A DNA stretch of 64,000 nt, taken from Eledone cirrhosa (lineage: Eukaryota). Numbering within the stretch: the first letter of the stretch is position 1; each line of letters opens with the position of its first letter. The position numbers were made by a program, and so were the translations under genes. The stretch covers positions 14,012,001 to 14,076,000 of the forward strand of contig OZ024752.1 in assembly GCA_964016885.1 (NCBI GenBank), written 5' to 3'. Below, one piece after another: positions 42,322 to 56,697 of this stretch. The notes under the pieces were generated by a model. It saw only the letters and a list, made by a program, of their open reading frames with translations, was not told the origin of the DNA and ran no database searches.

Positions 42322-45232
42322 CTTCCTCTATATCTATTTCTCATTTCCTATTTCTCATATCCTCTCTCTCATATCCTCTCACTTCCTCTCTCTTACATCC
42401 TCTCACTTCCTCTCTCTTACTTCCTCTCTCTCACTTCCTCTCTCTTACTTCCTCTCTCTCACTTCCTCTCTCTTACTTCCTCTCTCTCACTTCCTCTCTC
42501 CCATATCCTCTCTCTCATATCCTCTCTCTCACTTCCTCTCTCCCATATCCTCTCTCTCATATCCTCTCTCTCACTTCCTCTCTCTCACTTCCTCTCTCTC
42601 ATATCCTCTCTCTCACTTCCTCTCTCTCATATTCTCTCTCTCACTTCCTCTCTCTCACTTCCTCTCTCTCATATCCTCTCTCTCACTTCCTCTCTCTCAT
42701 ATTCTCTCTCTCATTTCCTCTCTCTCACATCCTCTCTCCCATATTCTCTCTCTCATATCCTCTCTCTCATATTCTGTCTCTCACTTCCTCTCTCCCAGAT
42801 CCTCTCTGTCATTTCCTCTCTCTCATATCCTCTCTCCCATATTCTCTCTCTCATATTCTCTCTCTTATATCCTCTCTCTCATATTCTCTCTCCCATATCC
42901 TCTCTCTCATATTCTCTCTCCCATATCCTCTCTCTCATATTCTCTCTCTCATTTCCTCTCTCTCATATCCTCTCTCTCATATCCTCTCTCTCACTTCCTC
43001 TCTCTCACTTCCTCTCTCTCACTTCCTCTCTCTCACTTCCTCTCTCTCATATTCTCTCTCTCATTTCCTCTCTCTCACATCCTCTCTCCCAGATCCTCTC
43101 TCTCATTTCCTCTCTCTCACATCCTCTCTCTCATTTCCTCTCTCTCACATCCTCTCTCCCAGATCCTCTCTCTCACTTCCTCTCTCTCACTTCCTCTCTC
43201 TCACTTCCTCTCTCTCACTTCCTCTCTCTCATATTCTCTCTCTCATATCCTCTCTCTCACTTCCTCTCTCTCGTTTCCTCTCTCTCACTTCCTCTCTCTC
43301 ACTTCCTCCCTCTCATATTCTCTCTCTCATTTCCTCTCTCTCACTTCCTCTCTCCCATATTCTCTCTCCCATATTCTCTCTCTCACTTCCTCTCTCCCAT
43401 ATTCCCTCTCTCATATTCTCTCTCTTATATCCTCTCTCTCATATTCTCTCTCTCATATCCTCTCTCTCATATTCTCTCTCTCACTTCCTCTCTCTCACTT
43501 CCTCTCTCTCATATTCTCTCTCTCATTTCCTCTCTCTCACATCCTCTCTCCCAGATCCTCTCTCTCATTTCCTCTCTCTCATATCCTCTCTCCCATATTC
43601 TCTCTCCCATATTCTCTCTCTCACTTCCTCTCTCCCATATTCTCTCTCTCATATTCTCTCTCTTATATCCTCTCTCTCATATTCTCTCTCTCATATCCTC
43701 TCTCTCATATTCTCTCTCTCATATCCTCTCTCTCACTTCCTCTCTCCCATATTCTCTCTCTGACTTCCTCTCTCCCATATTCTCTCTCTCACTTCCTCTC
43801 TCCCATATTCTCTCTCTCATTTCCTCTCTCTCATATCCTCACTCTCATATTCTCTCTCCCATACCCTCTCTCTCATATTCTCTCTCTCATTTCCTCTCTC
43901 TCATATCCTCTCTCTCATATCCTCTCTCTCACTTCCTCTCTCTCGTTTCCTCTCTCTCACTTCCTCTCTCTCACTTACTCTCTCTCATATCCTCTCTCTC
44001 ACTTCCTCTCTCTCATATTCTCTCTCTCATTTCCTCTCTCTCACTTCCTCTCTCCCATATTCTCTCTCCCATATTCTCTCTCTCACTTCCTCTCTCCCAT
44101 ATTCTCTCTCTCATATTCTCTCTCTTATATCCTCTCTCTCATATTCTCTCTCTCATATCCTCTCTCTCATATTCTCTCTCTCATATCCTCTCTCTCACTT
44201 CCTCTCTCCCATATTCTCTCTCTCACTTCCTCTCTCCCATATTCTCTCTCTCACTTCCTCTCTCTCATATTCTCTCTCTCATATCCTCTCTCTCACTTCC
44301 TCTCTCCCATATTCTCTCTCTCATTTCCTCTCTCTCATATCCTCTCTCTCATATTCTCTCTCCCATATCCTCTCTCTCATATTCTCTCTCTCATTTCCTC
44401 TCTCTCATATCCTCTCTCTCATATCCTCTCTCTCACTTCCTCTCTCTCGTTTCCTCTCTCTCACTTCCTCTCTCTCACTTCCTCTCTCTCATATCCTCTC
44501 TCTCACTTCCTCTCTCTCATATTCTCTCTCTCATTTCCTCTCTCTCACTTCCTCTCTCCCATATTCTCTCTCCCATATTCTCTCTCTCACTTCCTCTCTC
44601 TCATATTCTCTCTCTCATATCCTCTCTCTTATATTCTCTCTCTCATATCCTCTCTCTCACTTCCTCTCTCCCATATCCTCTCTCTCATATTCTCTCTCTC
44701 ACTTCCTCTCTCTCACTTCCTCTCTCCCATATTCTCTCTCTCATTTCCTCTCTCTCATATCCTCTCTCTCACTTCCTCTCTCTCACCCCCTCTCTCTCAC
44801 TTCCTCTCTCTCACTTCCTCTCTCTCACTTCCTCTCTCTCATATCCTCTCTCTCACTTCCTCTCTCCCATATCCTCTCTCTCATATTATCTCTCTCATTT
44901 CCTCTCTCTCACTTCCTCTCTCTCTCATATTCTCTCTCTCATATCCTCTCTCTCATATCCTCTCTCTCATTTCCTCTCTCTCATATCCTCTCTCTCACTT
45001 CCTCTCTCCCAGATCCTCTATCCCATATACTCTCTCTCATTTCCTCTCTCTCATATCCTCTCTCACTTCCTCTCTCTTACTTCCTCTCTCTCACTTCCTC
45101 TCTCTCACTTCCTCTCTCTTACTTCCTCTCTCACACTTCCTCTCTCTCACTTCCTCTCTCTCACTTCCTCTCTCTCATTTCTTCTCTCTCATATCCTCTC
45201 TCTCACTTCCTCTCTTTCACTTTCTATCTTTC
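42322..45232. repeat. Polypyrimidine minisatellite, 14-bp unit (tctctctcacttcc / tctctctcatatcc / tctctcccatattc)
   Basis: Seen directly; begins right after a SINE fragment at 42235-42321. Confidence 0.95.
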
Positions 45233-45967
45233 TCTGGAAGAAATCTGTGTACTCAATCCTGGAGAGGTATGAGGTCCGCCAGGTAAAAATGTCGAGGAAA
45301 TGGCGTATGTCAATACGACGCAACCCTACAACCCTATTGTGAGCTAGGGGACCATACCATACATATTAGCAATAAGATCATATATCAGTTGAGTAGTATA
45401 GTAGAATTAATTAGAAGACTCATTTTGTGAGAGTATACTTGATGGATGCTTGATGTATTATTGTACAATAAGTGTCGTCGGCAGGATGAAAGGAAAAGTC
45501 GAATGTACGTGATTTGAACTTGGCATGATTGCTAATTTAACGATTAACTAGAGAAGACGAAAGGAACATACAAACAACGAACATTAAACACATAGAGATA
45601 TCCAAATAGTACAACTATAAGACGTTAATACAAATATACAAGAAGTAGAACTATATACATCCTATACATACATATACATATATTTCAAACACATACATAT
45701 ATACATATGTACACAGCACATATACACACGTATATTTTTTCTACATACATGTATATACATACATACACACATATATCATATACACACCCCGTATATATAT
45801 ATATATTTTTTTTTTACGCATATACCATACATACATGTTATATACACACCATATATATCCTATACATATACCACACATATATCCCACACATATCATATAC
45901 ATCCTATATATACATTATACATATCCTACATACATATTATATATATCTCCCACATATACACACACGC

Positions 45968-45998
<31 letters not shown>

Positions 45999-46284
45999 GT
46001 GGTAGAACACTGGAAGGTAATATCCGTAGTAGTAGAGCACTCAGCCAATGGGACGAGTTAGGTAGAAGTAGATTACGAGGTGAGGATCCGCTAAGGTGAA
46101 ACAATTGTTCTCGGTATGGTGAAGATTAAAAGTTTAACAAGGTTCAATGAATTCATCATCTGTATTATATGTAATTTTTCATGTTTCAACTTAAGGTATA
46201 TAAATATCGAGTGTTGTCATAACTAATCACAGCCATGACTAAATTATAACCATCAACATAGTCAAGGTATGTCAAGCATAAACT

Positions 46285-46350
46285 TATTTTATCTGATGAG
46301 GACGTACTGTTGAAATAGCTCGGTATCTCTGAAATATGTATAATAAAATA
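46285..46350 (+). ncRNA. Type I hammerhead ribozyme (PLE-type)
   Basis: tattttat-CTGATGA-ggacgtactg..cggtatctct-GAAA-tatgta-TA-ataaaata. Confidence 0.8.
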
Positions 46351-46411
46351 TATTTGATCACATGAATGTCTATATCTATTAATATTTTGAAGTAATATTA
46401 TATATATGTAA

Positions 46412-46601
46412 GGGCGATGGGTTGGCAGTATCAGTAGAGGGTCGGACGCCGTGCTTTGACGCAAAGAGTTACGTCCCTTTATGATCTGAGTTCAAATCCC
46501 GCCGAGGTTAACTTTGCCTTTCATCCTTACGGGGTCGATAAAATAAGGCACCAGTAATGTACTGGTAAATTGCTGGCTTTGTGCCAAAAGTTTAAACAAT
46601 T
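46412..46601 (+). mobile_element. Full-length tRNA-derived SINE
   Basis: A box, B box gagttcaaatcc, core, tail. Confidence 0.9.
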
Positions 46602-47594
46602 ATATATATATATATATATACATATATATTTTATACATACAAACACACATACATATACACACATATATACATACACATATATTTATTAAAATAACAGATT
46701 AAAGTTTAAGCAAAGAATCGCTGCTTTCACCCTTAACGGGATATTCTCCACACATTTTATATACACATATATATTCCATATAAACACATTTTATACCTCC
46801 TACATATACATATTTTTTTTACATATACATATATATATATATACTACATATATATACATATAAATATATTATACACATATACACACATACATATATGCAC
46901 ACACATACATATATATACACACATATCTATCTGACACATTCGAACGTCTGTGGCGATTGTCAAAATGAGCGTTGATGATGATTAAGGTCCCGAGGAATTA
47001 AAGTATACATACATACACACCCATACACACACACATATATACACTCAAAAAATGGTGAGGTTGTAAGATAATATTACAATATTATAATATTATATTATAA
47101 CATTATATCATTATAATTGGGATTATATTTAGGTATATCCTAATGTTTGTTGAGTGAGATGGAGTTGGTCAGAGTATCGCTTAAAGCTTTCTCTGTTAAT
47201 GTATTAAATATTATACTCTTGGATGGCCAGATATGAACATTCCAGATATTTAGGTATGACTTTCTTTATTTATTCATTATATGAAATATTGATTGCATTT
47301 TCCTGTATCTCATGTCTGATATTTTTGCCTGAGAAAATAGCTATATGTATGTATAGATAGTGCGGACATATATATTTATTATTTTTTTTAATATCTCTTT
47401 GTGTGTGTGTGTATAGATGGTACATACATATATTTATCTTTTTAATATCCAACTGATTTCTTAAACACGTGGTTAAAATACCTAACAGGCTTCGATGACC
47501 AGCGTGAAATAACAACCCAACTAGGAACTGGCATTGATAAATATGGTGAGTCCGTCAACCCTTATATATATATAATATATATATATATATACAA

Positions 47595-47755
47595 GTAGTA
47601 GAATGTCGGACACCATGATTTGCAGCATAATTATGGCCCTATGATCTGAGTTCAAATCCCGCCGAGGTTAATTCTGCCTTTCATCCTTACGGAGTCGATA
47701 AAATATAGTACCAGTAATGCACTGGGTAATTGCTTGCCTTGTGCCAAAAGTAGAA
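47595..47755 (+). mobile_element. tRNA-derived SINE
   Basis: B box and core. Confidence 0.85.
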
Positions 47756-47770
47756 TAATAATATATATAT

Positions 47771-47817
<47 letters not shown>

Positions 47818-47823
<6 letters not shown>

Positions 47824-50800
47824 TAATTTAATATATCAACTAACATAAGCGCACAGATGCACGCCCATGCCAGCAAATACACAGGTTATGTCATAGTACC
47901 TAGGTGGTTCAATGCAGGAGAATGCAGAACAATAATATAAAGGACGTAAAATAAGAAAATATTTTTTTAAAAAAATTTAAAAAAAATTTTTTTCCTTACT
48001 TAAATTTTCACTCCAACTAATTAGTTTCTGCAATGGGATAAAGACAGTTACGTAATCCAACTGTCGAGAATTCATTGCGTCATCAGGAAGTCTATTCTCA
48101 GTTAAGTCTCCAGGCAATGCGCGGACACTGGCGGCTCATATAAAAATAATAATAATTCGGTAGATCGAACAGCTTGCGAGGACTGTATTCTATGTACCGA
48201 AATTCTCACTGCTTCAAGTCAAATGGCCGATTCAAAGAATCAATCACGTGACACAGAGGCTAGTTAGAAGGAATGGGATGGTAAGATGACTGACGCCTAC
48301 TAACACCCCAAAAAAAATTTTTTTTAGAAGTGGTTTTGACAAGTTTGCTCGACAAATCAGTGATTTGGAGATAAATATAGATAATTTAATATATCAACTA
48401 ACATAAGCGCACAGATGCACGCCCATGCCAGCAAATACACAGGTTATGTCATAGTACCTAGGTGGTTCAATGCAGGAGAATGCAGAACAATAATATAAAG
48501 GACGTAAAATAAGAAAATATTTTTTTTTAATCCAGTCCTCGCAAGCTGTTCGATCTACCGAATTATTATTATTTTTATATGAGCCGCCAGTGTCCGCGCA
48601 TTGCCTGGAGACTTAACTGAGAATAGACTTCCTGATGACGCAATGAATTCTCGACAGTTGGATTACGTAACTGTCTTTATCCCATTGCAGAAACTAATTA
48701 GTTGGAGTGAAAATTTAAGTAAGGAAAAAAATTTTTTTTTAAATTTTTTTAAAAAAATATTTTCTTATTTTACGTCCTTTATATTATTGTTCTGCATTCT
48801 CCTGCATTGAACCACCTAGGTACTATGACATAACCTGTGTATTTGCTGGCATGGGCGTGCATCTGTGCGCTTATGTTAGTTGATATATTAAATTATCTAT
48901 ATTTATCTCCAAATCACTGATTTGTCGAGCAAACTTGTCAAAACCACTTCTAAAAAAAATTTTTTTTGGGGTGTTAGTAGGCGTCAGTCATCTTACCATC
49001 CCATTCCTTCTAACTAGCCTCTGTGTCACGTGATTGATTCTTTAGAATCGGCCATTTGACTTGAAGCAGTGAGAATTTCGGTACATAGAATCCAGTCCTC
49101 GCAAGCTGTTCGATCTACCGAATTATTATTATTTTTATATGAGCCGCCAGTGTCCGCGCATTGCCTGGAGACTTAACTGAGAATAGACTTCCTGATGACG
49201 CAATGAATTCTCGACAGTTGGATTACGTAACTGTCTTTATCCCATTGCAGAAACTAATTAGTTGGAGTGAAAATTTAAGTAAGGAAAAAAATTTTTTTTA
49301 AATTTTTTTAAAAAAATATTTTCTTATTTTACGTCCTTTATATTATTGTTCTGCATTCTCCTGCATTGAACCACCTAGGTACTATGACATAACCTGTGTA
49401 TTTGCTGGCATGGGCGTGCATCTGTGCGCTTATGTTAGTTGATATATTAAATTATCTATATTTATCTCCAAATCACTGATTTGTCGAGCAAACTTGTCAA
49501 AACCACTTCTAAAAAAAATTTTTTTTGGGGTGTTAGTAGGCGTCAGTCATCTTACCATCCCATTCCTTCTAACTAGCCTCTGTGTCACGTGATTGATTCT
49601 TTAGAATCGGCCATTTGACTTGAAGCAGTGAGAATTTCGGTACATAGAATCCAGTCCTCGCAAGCTGTTCGATCTACCGAATTATTATTATTTTTATATG
49701 AGCCGCCAGTGTCCGCGCATTGCCTGGAGACTTAACTGAGAATAGACTTCCTGATGACGCAATGAATTCTCGACAGTTGGATTACGTAACTGTCTTTATC
49801 CCATTGCAGAAACTAATTAGTTGGAGTGAAAATTTAAGTAAGGAAAAAAATTTTTTTTAAATTTTTTTAAAAAAATATTTTCTTATTTTACGTCCTTTAT
49901 ATTATTGTTCTGCATTCTCCTGCATTGAACCACCTAGGTACTATGACATAACCTGTGTATTTGCTGGCATGGGCGTGCATCTGTGCGCTTATGTTAGTTG
50001 ATATATTAAATTATCTATATTTATCTCCAAATCACTGATTTGTCGAGCAAACTTGTCAAAACCACTTCTAAAAAAAAAATTTTTTTTGGGGTGTTAGTAG
50101 GCGTCAGTCATCTTACCATCCCATTCCTTCTAACTAGCCTCTGTGTCACGTGATTGATTCTTTAGAATCGGCCATTTGACTTGAAGCAGTGAGAATTTCG
50201 GTACATAGAATCCAGTCCTCGCAAGCTGTTCGATCTACCGAATTATTATTATTTTTATATGAGCCGCCAGTGTCCGCGCATTGCCTGGAGACTTAACTGA
50301 GAATAGACTTCCTGATGACGCAATGAATTCTCGACAGTTGGATTACGTAACTGTCTTTATCCCATTGCAGAAACTAATTAGTTGGAGTGAAAATTTAAGT
50401 AAGGAAAAAAATTTCTTTTAAATTTTTTTAAAAAAATATTTTCTTATTTTACGTCCTTTATATTATTGTTCTGCATTCTCCTGCATTGAACCACCTAGGT
50501 ACTATGACATAACCTGTGTATTTGCTGGCATGGGCGTGCATCTGTGCGCTTATGTTAGTTGATATATTAAATTATCTATATTTATCTCCAAATCACTGAT
50601 TTGTCGAGCAAACTTGTCAAAACCACTTCTAAAAAAAATTTTTTTTGGGGTGTTAGTAGGCGTCAGTCATCTTACCATCCCATTCCTTCTAACTAGCCTC
50701 TGTGTCACGTGATTGATTCTTTAGAATCGGCCATTTGACTTGAAGCAGTGAGAATTTCGGTACATAGAATCCAGTCCTCGCAAGCTGTTCGATCTACCGA

Positions 50801-51014
50801 ATTATTATTATTTTTATATGAGCCGCCAGTGTCCGCGCATTGCCTGGAGACTTAACTGAGAATAGACTTCCTGATGACGCAATGAATTCTCGACAGTTGG
50901 ATTACGTAACTGTCTTTATCCCATTGCAGAAACTAATTAGTTGGAGTGAAAATTTAAGTAAGGAAAAAAATTTTTTTTAAATTTTTTTAAAAAAATATTT
51001 TCTTATTTTACGTC

Positions 51015-51022
<8 letters not shown>
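47818..51022. mobile_element. Retrozyme-like element B: ~560-bp HHR unit, ~1.3 inverted units plus ~4.4 tandem units
   Basis: Units start near 48530, 49090, 49650, 50210 and 50770; inverted arm 47818-48528; one HHR per unit; (TA)n flanks. Confidence 0.9.
48627..48708 (+). ncRNA. Type I hammerhead ribozyme (also 49187-49268, 49746-49827, 50307-50388, 50866-50947 on +; 48010-48091 on -)
   Basis: acttc-CTGATGA-c-gcaatg..gacagtt(..)aactgtc..cattgc-a-GAAA-ctaattag-TT-ggagt. Confidence 0.8.
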
Positions 51023-51066
<44 letters not shown>

Positions 51067-51067
51067 T

Positions 51068-51830
51068 AGAATATTAATAATAATATTCGATTCGTTTACA
51101 ATTATGCAAACAGCCTCATTATTAAAGCCATTGGTTGTATACCAACACCTCAGTATGCAAGCTGGAGCACTCGACGAAGTGCGCAGATTGGTTTGGTTAC
51201 TCCGGAGTAGTGTAAAATAAAGTTATATAAAAGTCAAATGATTAAAATTTAGCTTCGTTTATTACTGCTATATATATTTCAGTGACAGCCATCTTTGGCT
51301 GTGACCTCTTCAGGCAGTTTGAATTAGTATGGTATAGATAAGTACATATGTTGTTTAGGTGTATGATATTGTCAATACTCTGATATGCCCAGTTCCTTGT
51401 TGGGTTGTTAATTCACTGAGGAACTGGAGTCATATCAATTCAAACAAACGAATTTCAGTGTCAAAGGTCCTCTTCTCATCTCATTGGTCAGTTATTAGAA
51501 CATTCCTCATTCTAAGTGTTGTTATTAGAATGAGGAATGTTCTAATAACTGACCAATGAGAGGAGAAGAGGACCTTTGACACTGAAATTCGTTTGTTTGA
51601 ATTCATATGACTCCAGTTCCTCAGTGAAATAACAACCCAACAAGGAGCTGAGCATATCAGAGTATTGACAATATTATACACCTAAACAACATATGTACTT
51701 GTCTATACCATACTAATTCAAACTGCCTGAAGAGGTCACAGCCAAAGATGGCTGTCACTGAAATATATATAGCAGTAATAAACGAAGCTAAATTTTAATC
51801 ATTTGACTTTTATTTAACTTTATTTTATAT
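51068..51830. mobile_element. HHR-bearing palindromic element (PLE/retrozyme-like)
   Basis: ~290-bp arms at 51213-51502 and 51512-51828; HHRs at 51264-51318(-) and 51722-51776(+). Confidence 0.8.
51722..51776 (+). ncRNA. Type I hammerhead ribozyme
   Basis: actgc-CTGAAGA-ggtcacagcca(aaga)tggctgtcact-GAAA-tatata-TA-gcagt. Confidence 0.85.
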
Positions 51831-51895
51831 ATATATATAAGTTTGGAGAACAGTCAAACAAAATATATCCAATTTTTCTTCTTCTTAGTCCGCAG

Positions 51896-52007
<112 letters not shown>

Positions 52008-52461
52008 TTTACAATAAGCAGAACAATAAACCCATAAAACTGTATACAATGAAGTTAGACGTAACAAAATCAAAAGAATTAAAAGAATATAAACAATATC
52101 GACCAAAAGAAGCCGAATGGAAATAATTGAATCTGAGACATATCTGAGACTCGAAATAACTAACTTCGACATTTTGAATATGAGCAATCTAAATGTGGAA
52201 ACATCTAAGGATTTAAAATCAATATATCTTCTGGTGGATGGAAAACATACTTAGGCAAAGAAAGAAGGTAATGAGAAAACAACCCCAAAATCATTAATGG
52301 ATCCAACCACGGTAGTCACACAGGAAAACGAGGATTTCCACAGAATCTTTCATTAAGAAATATCGAAATCCAAACAAACAAACACGAAATAGATGAAAAC
52401 AAATATCTATTAATCTTTCATGAGATCGATGATGAAATAAGTATGTAAATAATACAGAACC

Positions 52462-52558
<97 letters not shown>

Positions 52559-52569
52559 AATATATATAT

Positions 52570-52656
<87 letters not shown>

Positions 52657-52979
52657 CATATGAATATGTATATATATGTGTGTATATGTATATATATATA
52701 TGCATATCTGTATGCGTATGTATATGTATATATATGTATGTATATATATGCATATGTATATATATGTATTTGTATATGTATGTTTATGTATATATATGTA
52801 TATATATATGTTGATATATGTATCTGTATATGTATGTTTATGCATATATATATATGTATATTTGTATGTATATATATCTGTATATATATATATATATGTA
52901 AGTATATGTATATAATATATATTGTGTGTGTGCGTATATATATATATATATATATATACCTATAAATATATATATCCAT

Positions 52980-55512
52980 ATATGCAAAAGTTTTATTTAA
53001 AATGTTGGGTTACAACGAGTAAATATTTTATAACTGATATAAAAGCACTCAACAAGTTTTGGAGTATTTTACGATATTAAACAAATGGAAATTACATTTA
53101 TAAAACCATATTTATTTCATTATATATATTTCAGGGATATCATATTAAAATATGGTATGCCCTCTTCAGACAAAATACAATATATAGACAGTTTTATAAA
53201 TAAATTTGACATACCTTAGAGTTTACAACTTCCATTTAAAAAGTTGTTACGGTAGTGAAAATGTTAAGGACGGTTAGAAAAAAAGACGGAGAAAAAAGGA
53301 AAAAAGGAAAAATAATTTTTTAATTACCTTAATCTAAAAATAGAAATTGAGAATAACCATAGAATAGTCAATTTCCTAGATGTAACATTAAATCTCAACA
53401 CATGTCTTCACTATCCATTTCACAAGTTAAATGAAAACTTGAATTATGTCAACTTTAATTCCAACCACCCCAGATCTGTTAAAAATACTATAGTGAACTC
53501 TGTTCAAAAACGTATCTCTAGAATCTCATCTAATAAAAATATTTTCGACCAAAAAGCCCACTATTACAATGAAGCGTTAGCTAGAGCAGGATATAGTGAT
53601 AAAATTATGTACATCGATAATAATAGACAAACTAACCAAAATAACAACAATTTTAATTACGGTAACAACTTTAACAACTATAATAGAAAGAATTACAATA
53701 GTTCCAAAAACCAGAAAAGGAATAGAACTAGAAACATAATTTGGTTTGCCCCTCCTTTCTCACTAAACATTAAAACCCACATCGCTAAACTATTTTTTAA
53801 TGCTCTTGACAAACGATTCCCTAGAACACATAAGTATCACTCAATTTTCAATAGACATACTATAAAATAAACCTACTCGTCCACCAAAAATTTAGCCCAA
53901 AATATTAATAGAATAAATAATAGGAATCTAAAACCTAGCATAAACAATATTCAAGTAAGCAACTGTAACTGTAGAGATAGATCTAAATGCCCGTTAAATA
54001 ACAATTGCTTAGTTAAAAATATAATATACAACTGTAATGTTAAAACTGACTTAAATTCTTTTAATTATGTTGGTTCCACCTCGACAGAATTTAAACTTCG
54101 CTATAATAATCACAAGAATTCTTTCACAGATCCAAACAAAAAATCTTCAACATCACTATCAGGCTTACTCTGGCAACTTAAACATGACAACGTTGGATAT
54201 TCGACGGTTTGGAATATAGTCTCAAGAGGGATTCCTTTTAACTCCTCCTCTGAGACATGTGACCTCTGCGCAGAGGAGATATTCTTTATACTAAAATCTA
54301 AAAATTCCCTTAATTTACGGACCAATTTATTCAGTTGCTGCAGACATAGATTGAACTCAACTTTTAAATATAAATATAAGTTTAAAATGTAATATATTTA
54401 CTCAAGACTTTTAATTATTTTAGAAAACTTGGCGATAAATCTTTCGATTCCTTCAATTCTTTAAACCTTCTTCATGAATATATAATTAATAATGTAATTA
54501 AACTACCTTAAAACGATGATGATCCAAATCTATTGAATAAAATGTTTAAGCTAGATAAACTTCTAGAATAAATATAAGAGCATCTGTAGAACAACCGAGT
54601 ATCCTGAAGTTTTTTTTGAATGATTTCTGCTAAATAAGTTTGGTGAATAATTTTGGTTTTGTTTGCTTTTGACCCTGATTGCTTCTAATAAACTTGGCAA
54701 TATTGTCAAATAAATTGGAGGGATTGATTGATATGCTGGGCACACTGTGTTTTTATTACGGCCCTAGATATTCTGGGGAGGAAAGTATTCTTGGCGTTTT
54801 TACTATTTTAATATATTGATATCTGTTCTATTCTATGCTTGTACGATAATCATGTAAGAAAGGGCAAGAATATTATTATTATTAATAATGTATATTTTAT
54901 GTATATATATATGTATGTACACTTATGTGTATGGAAACATTTTTTTTTTGACGCAATGAAGATTTCCATTTGAAATAAAAATTTACAGAGCTGATCATGT
55001 AAACTCGCATGTGTCTATAATGTCAGTTTGAGATAACCTTCTGTTTTTCTTTCTCTTTTCTCTTTTTTCATGAAAATACATATATACTTATGTATTCCAG
55101 TATTTTTTGAGGTTTTATCTCAGATTTTGATTATAAACCTATGAATTTTTAAACTAAACATATAGTCACTATTTTTTTACACATTATTGATATGTGTCTC
55201 ATTCATGAATATTGATGTTTACATTATAATTCATATGAATTGATAGACTGATGAAACATAATATTTTAAACTATCATTTTTGTTTCTAAGTATATCTCCT
55301 CTCCTACTCCCTCTACTCTTATATCGGCTGTTTTAACTCTATCTCCTGTATATCACCCCTCCCCTATCTCTCCCACCTCGTATAATAGATATTACTCGAT
55401 CTACCTCACCTTATTTATTTTTGTTTTTATTTCTCCCCGTATCCTTAACACTAAATAAATAAATAAACAAATGAATAATTACAGTACCCCCTTCCCTCAT
55501 AGATCTCTCATT
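52980..55512 (+). mobile_element. 5'-truncated Penelope-like element with inverted terminal repeat at the 5' end
   Basis: Inverted arm 52980-53290 with HHR at 53113-53177(-); coding remnant 53328-54392; long AT-rich 3' region. Confidence 0.85.
53328..54392 (+). pseudogene. PLE RT C-terminus, Cys linker and GIY-YIG endonuclease (one in-frame stop at 53868)
   Basis: VNFLDVTLNL, SNHP, IIWFAPPFS, CNCRDRSKCPLNNNCL, NIIY..NYVGST..FKLRYNNH, CDLC..E. Confidence 0.9.
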
Positions 55513-55514
55513 TG

Positions 55515-56100
<586 letters not shown>

Positions 56101-56567
56101 TTATTAAAATAACAGATTAAAGTTTAAGCAAAGAATATATATATATATTTATATATATATATATATATGAATAAAGTTAGTCCTTCATCAGTGATCTTCC
56201 AACCTTCATTGGTATTTCATCGCTTTAAAGACCATATACATCCGGTTATTGCGAGCAACGGCTAAAGAAAGTCGTTGGGACACATACATAAGAGGAACGA
56301 GCGCGACTGTAAGCAAACAAAGATGGTAAAGCAACGAAAAGTGAGGAAGAAAGAGTCAAGTCCCAGATTCCATGAATATAAGTTCGTTGAAATCGTGAAC
56401 GAGAGAGAATAAAGACTATGAAACCTAGTCGAAATGTGAGCAAGGAAGGAATTCCGCACAGGTCAAACGGGAGGAAGATGGAGGCTAGTCCCTGAATTCG
56501 GTGAACATAAGTTCTGTGAAATATATATATATATACCTATATATATATATATTCATGTATATATATA

Positions 56568-56686
<119 letters not shown>

Positions 56687-56697
56687 TATATATATAT

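Noticed and set aside
42249-43763. 504-aa Ser/Leu-rich ORF
   Set aside because: Product of the stop-free 14-bp CT minisatellite
46412-46505. tRNA gene from A/B boxes
   Set aside because: Part of a multi-copy SINE head with an over-long A-B spacing and no cloverleaf
48530-51022. Possible CRISPR array, rDNA/5S array or plain satellite
   Set aside because: No spacers and no rRNA motifs; HHRs and the inverted arm fit a retrozyme-like origin better
56170-56200. CTGATGA on the minus strand as an HHR
   Set aside because: Truncated by the microsatellite; no GAAA or stem III visible
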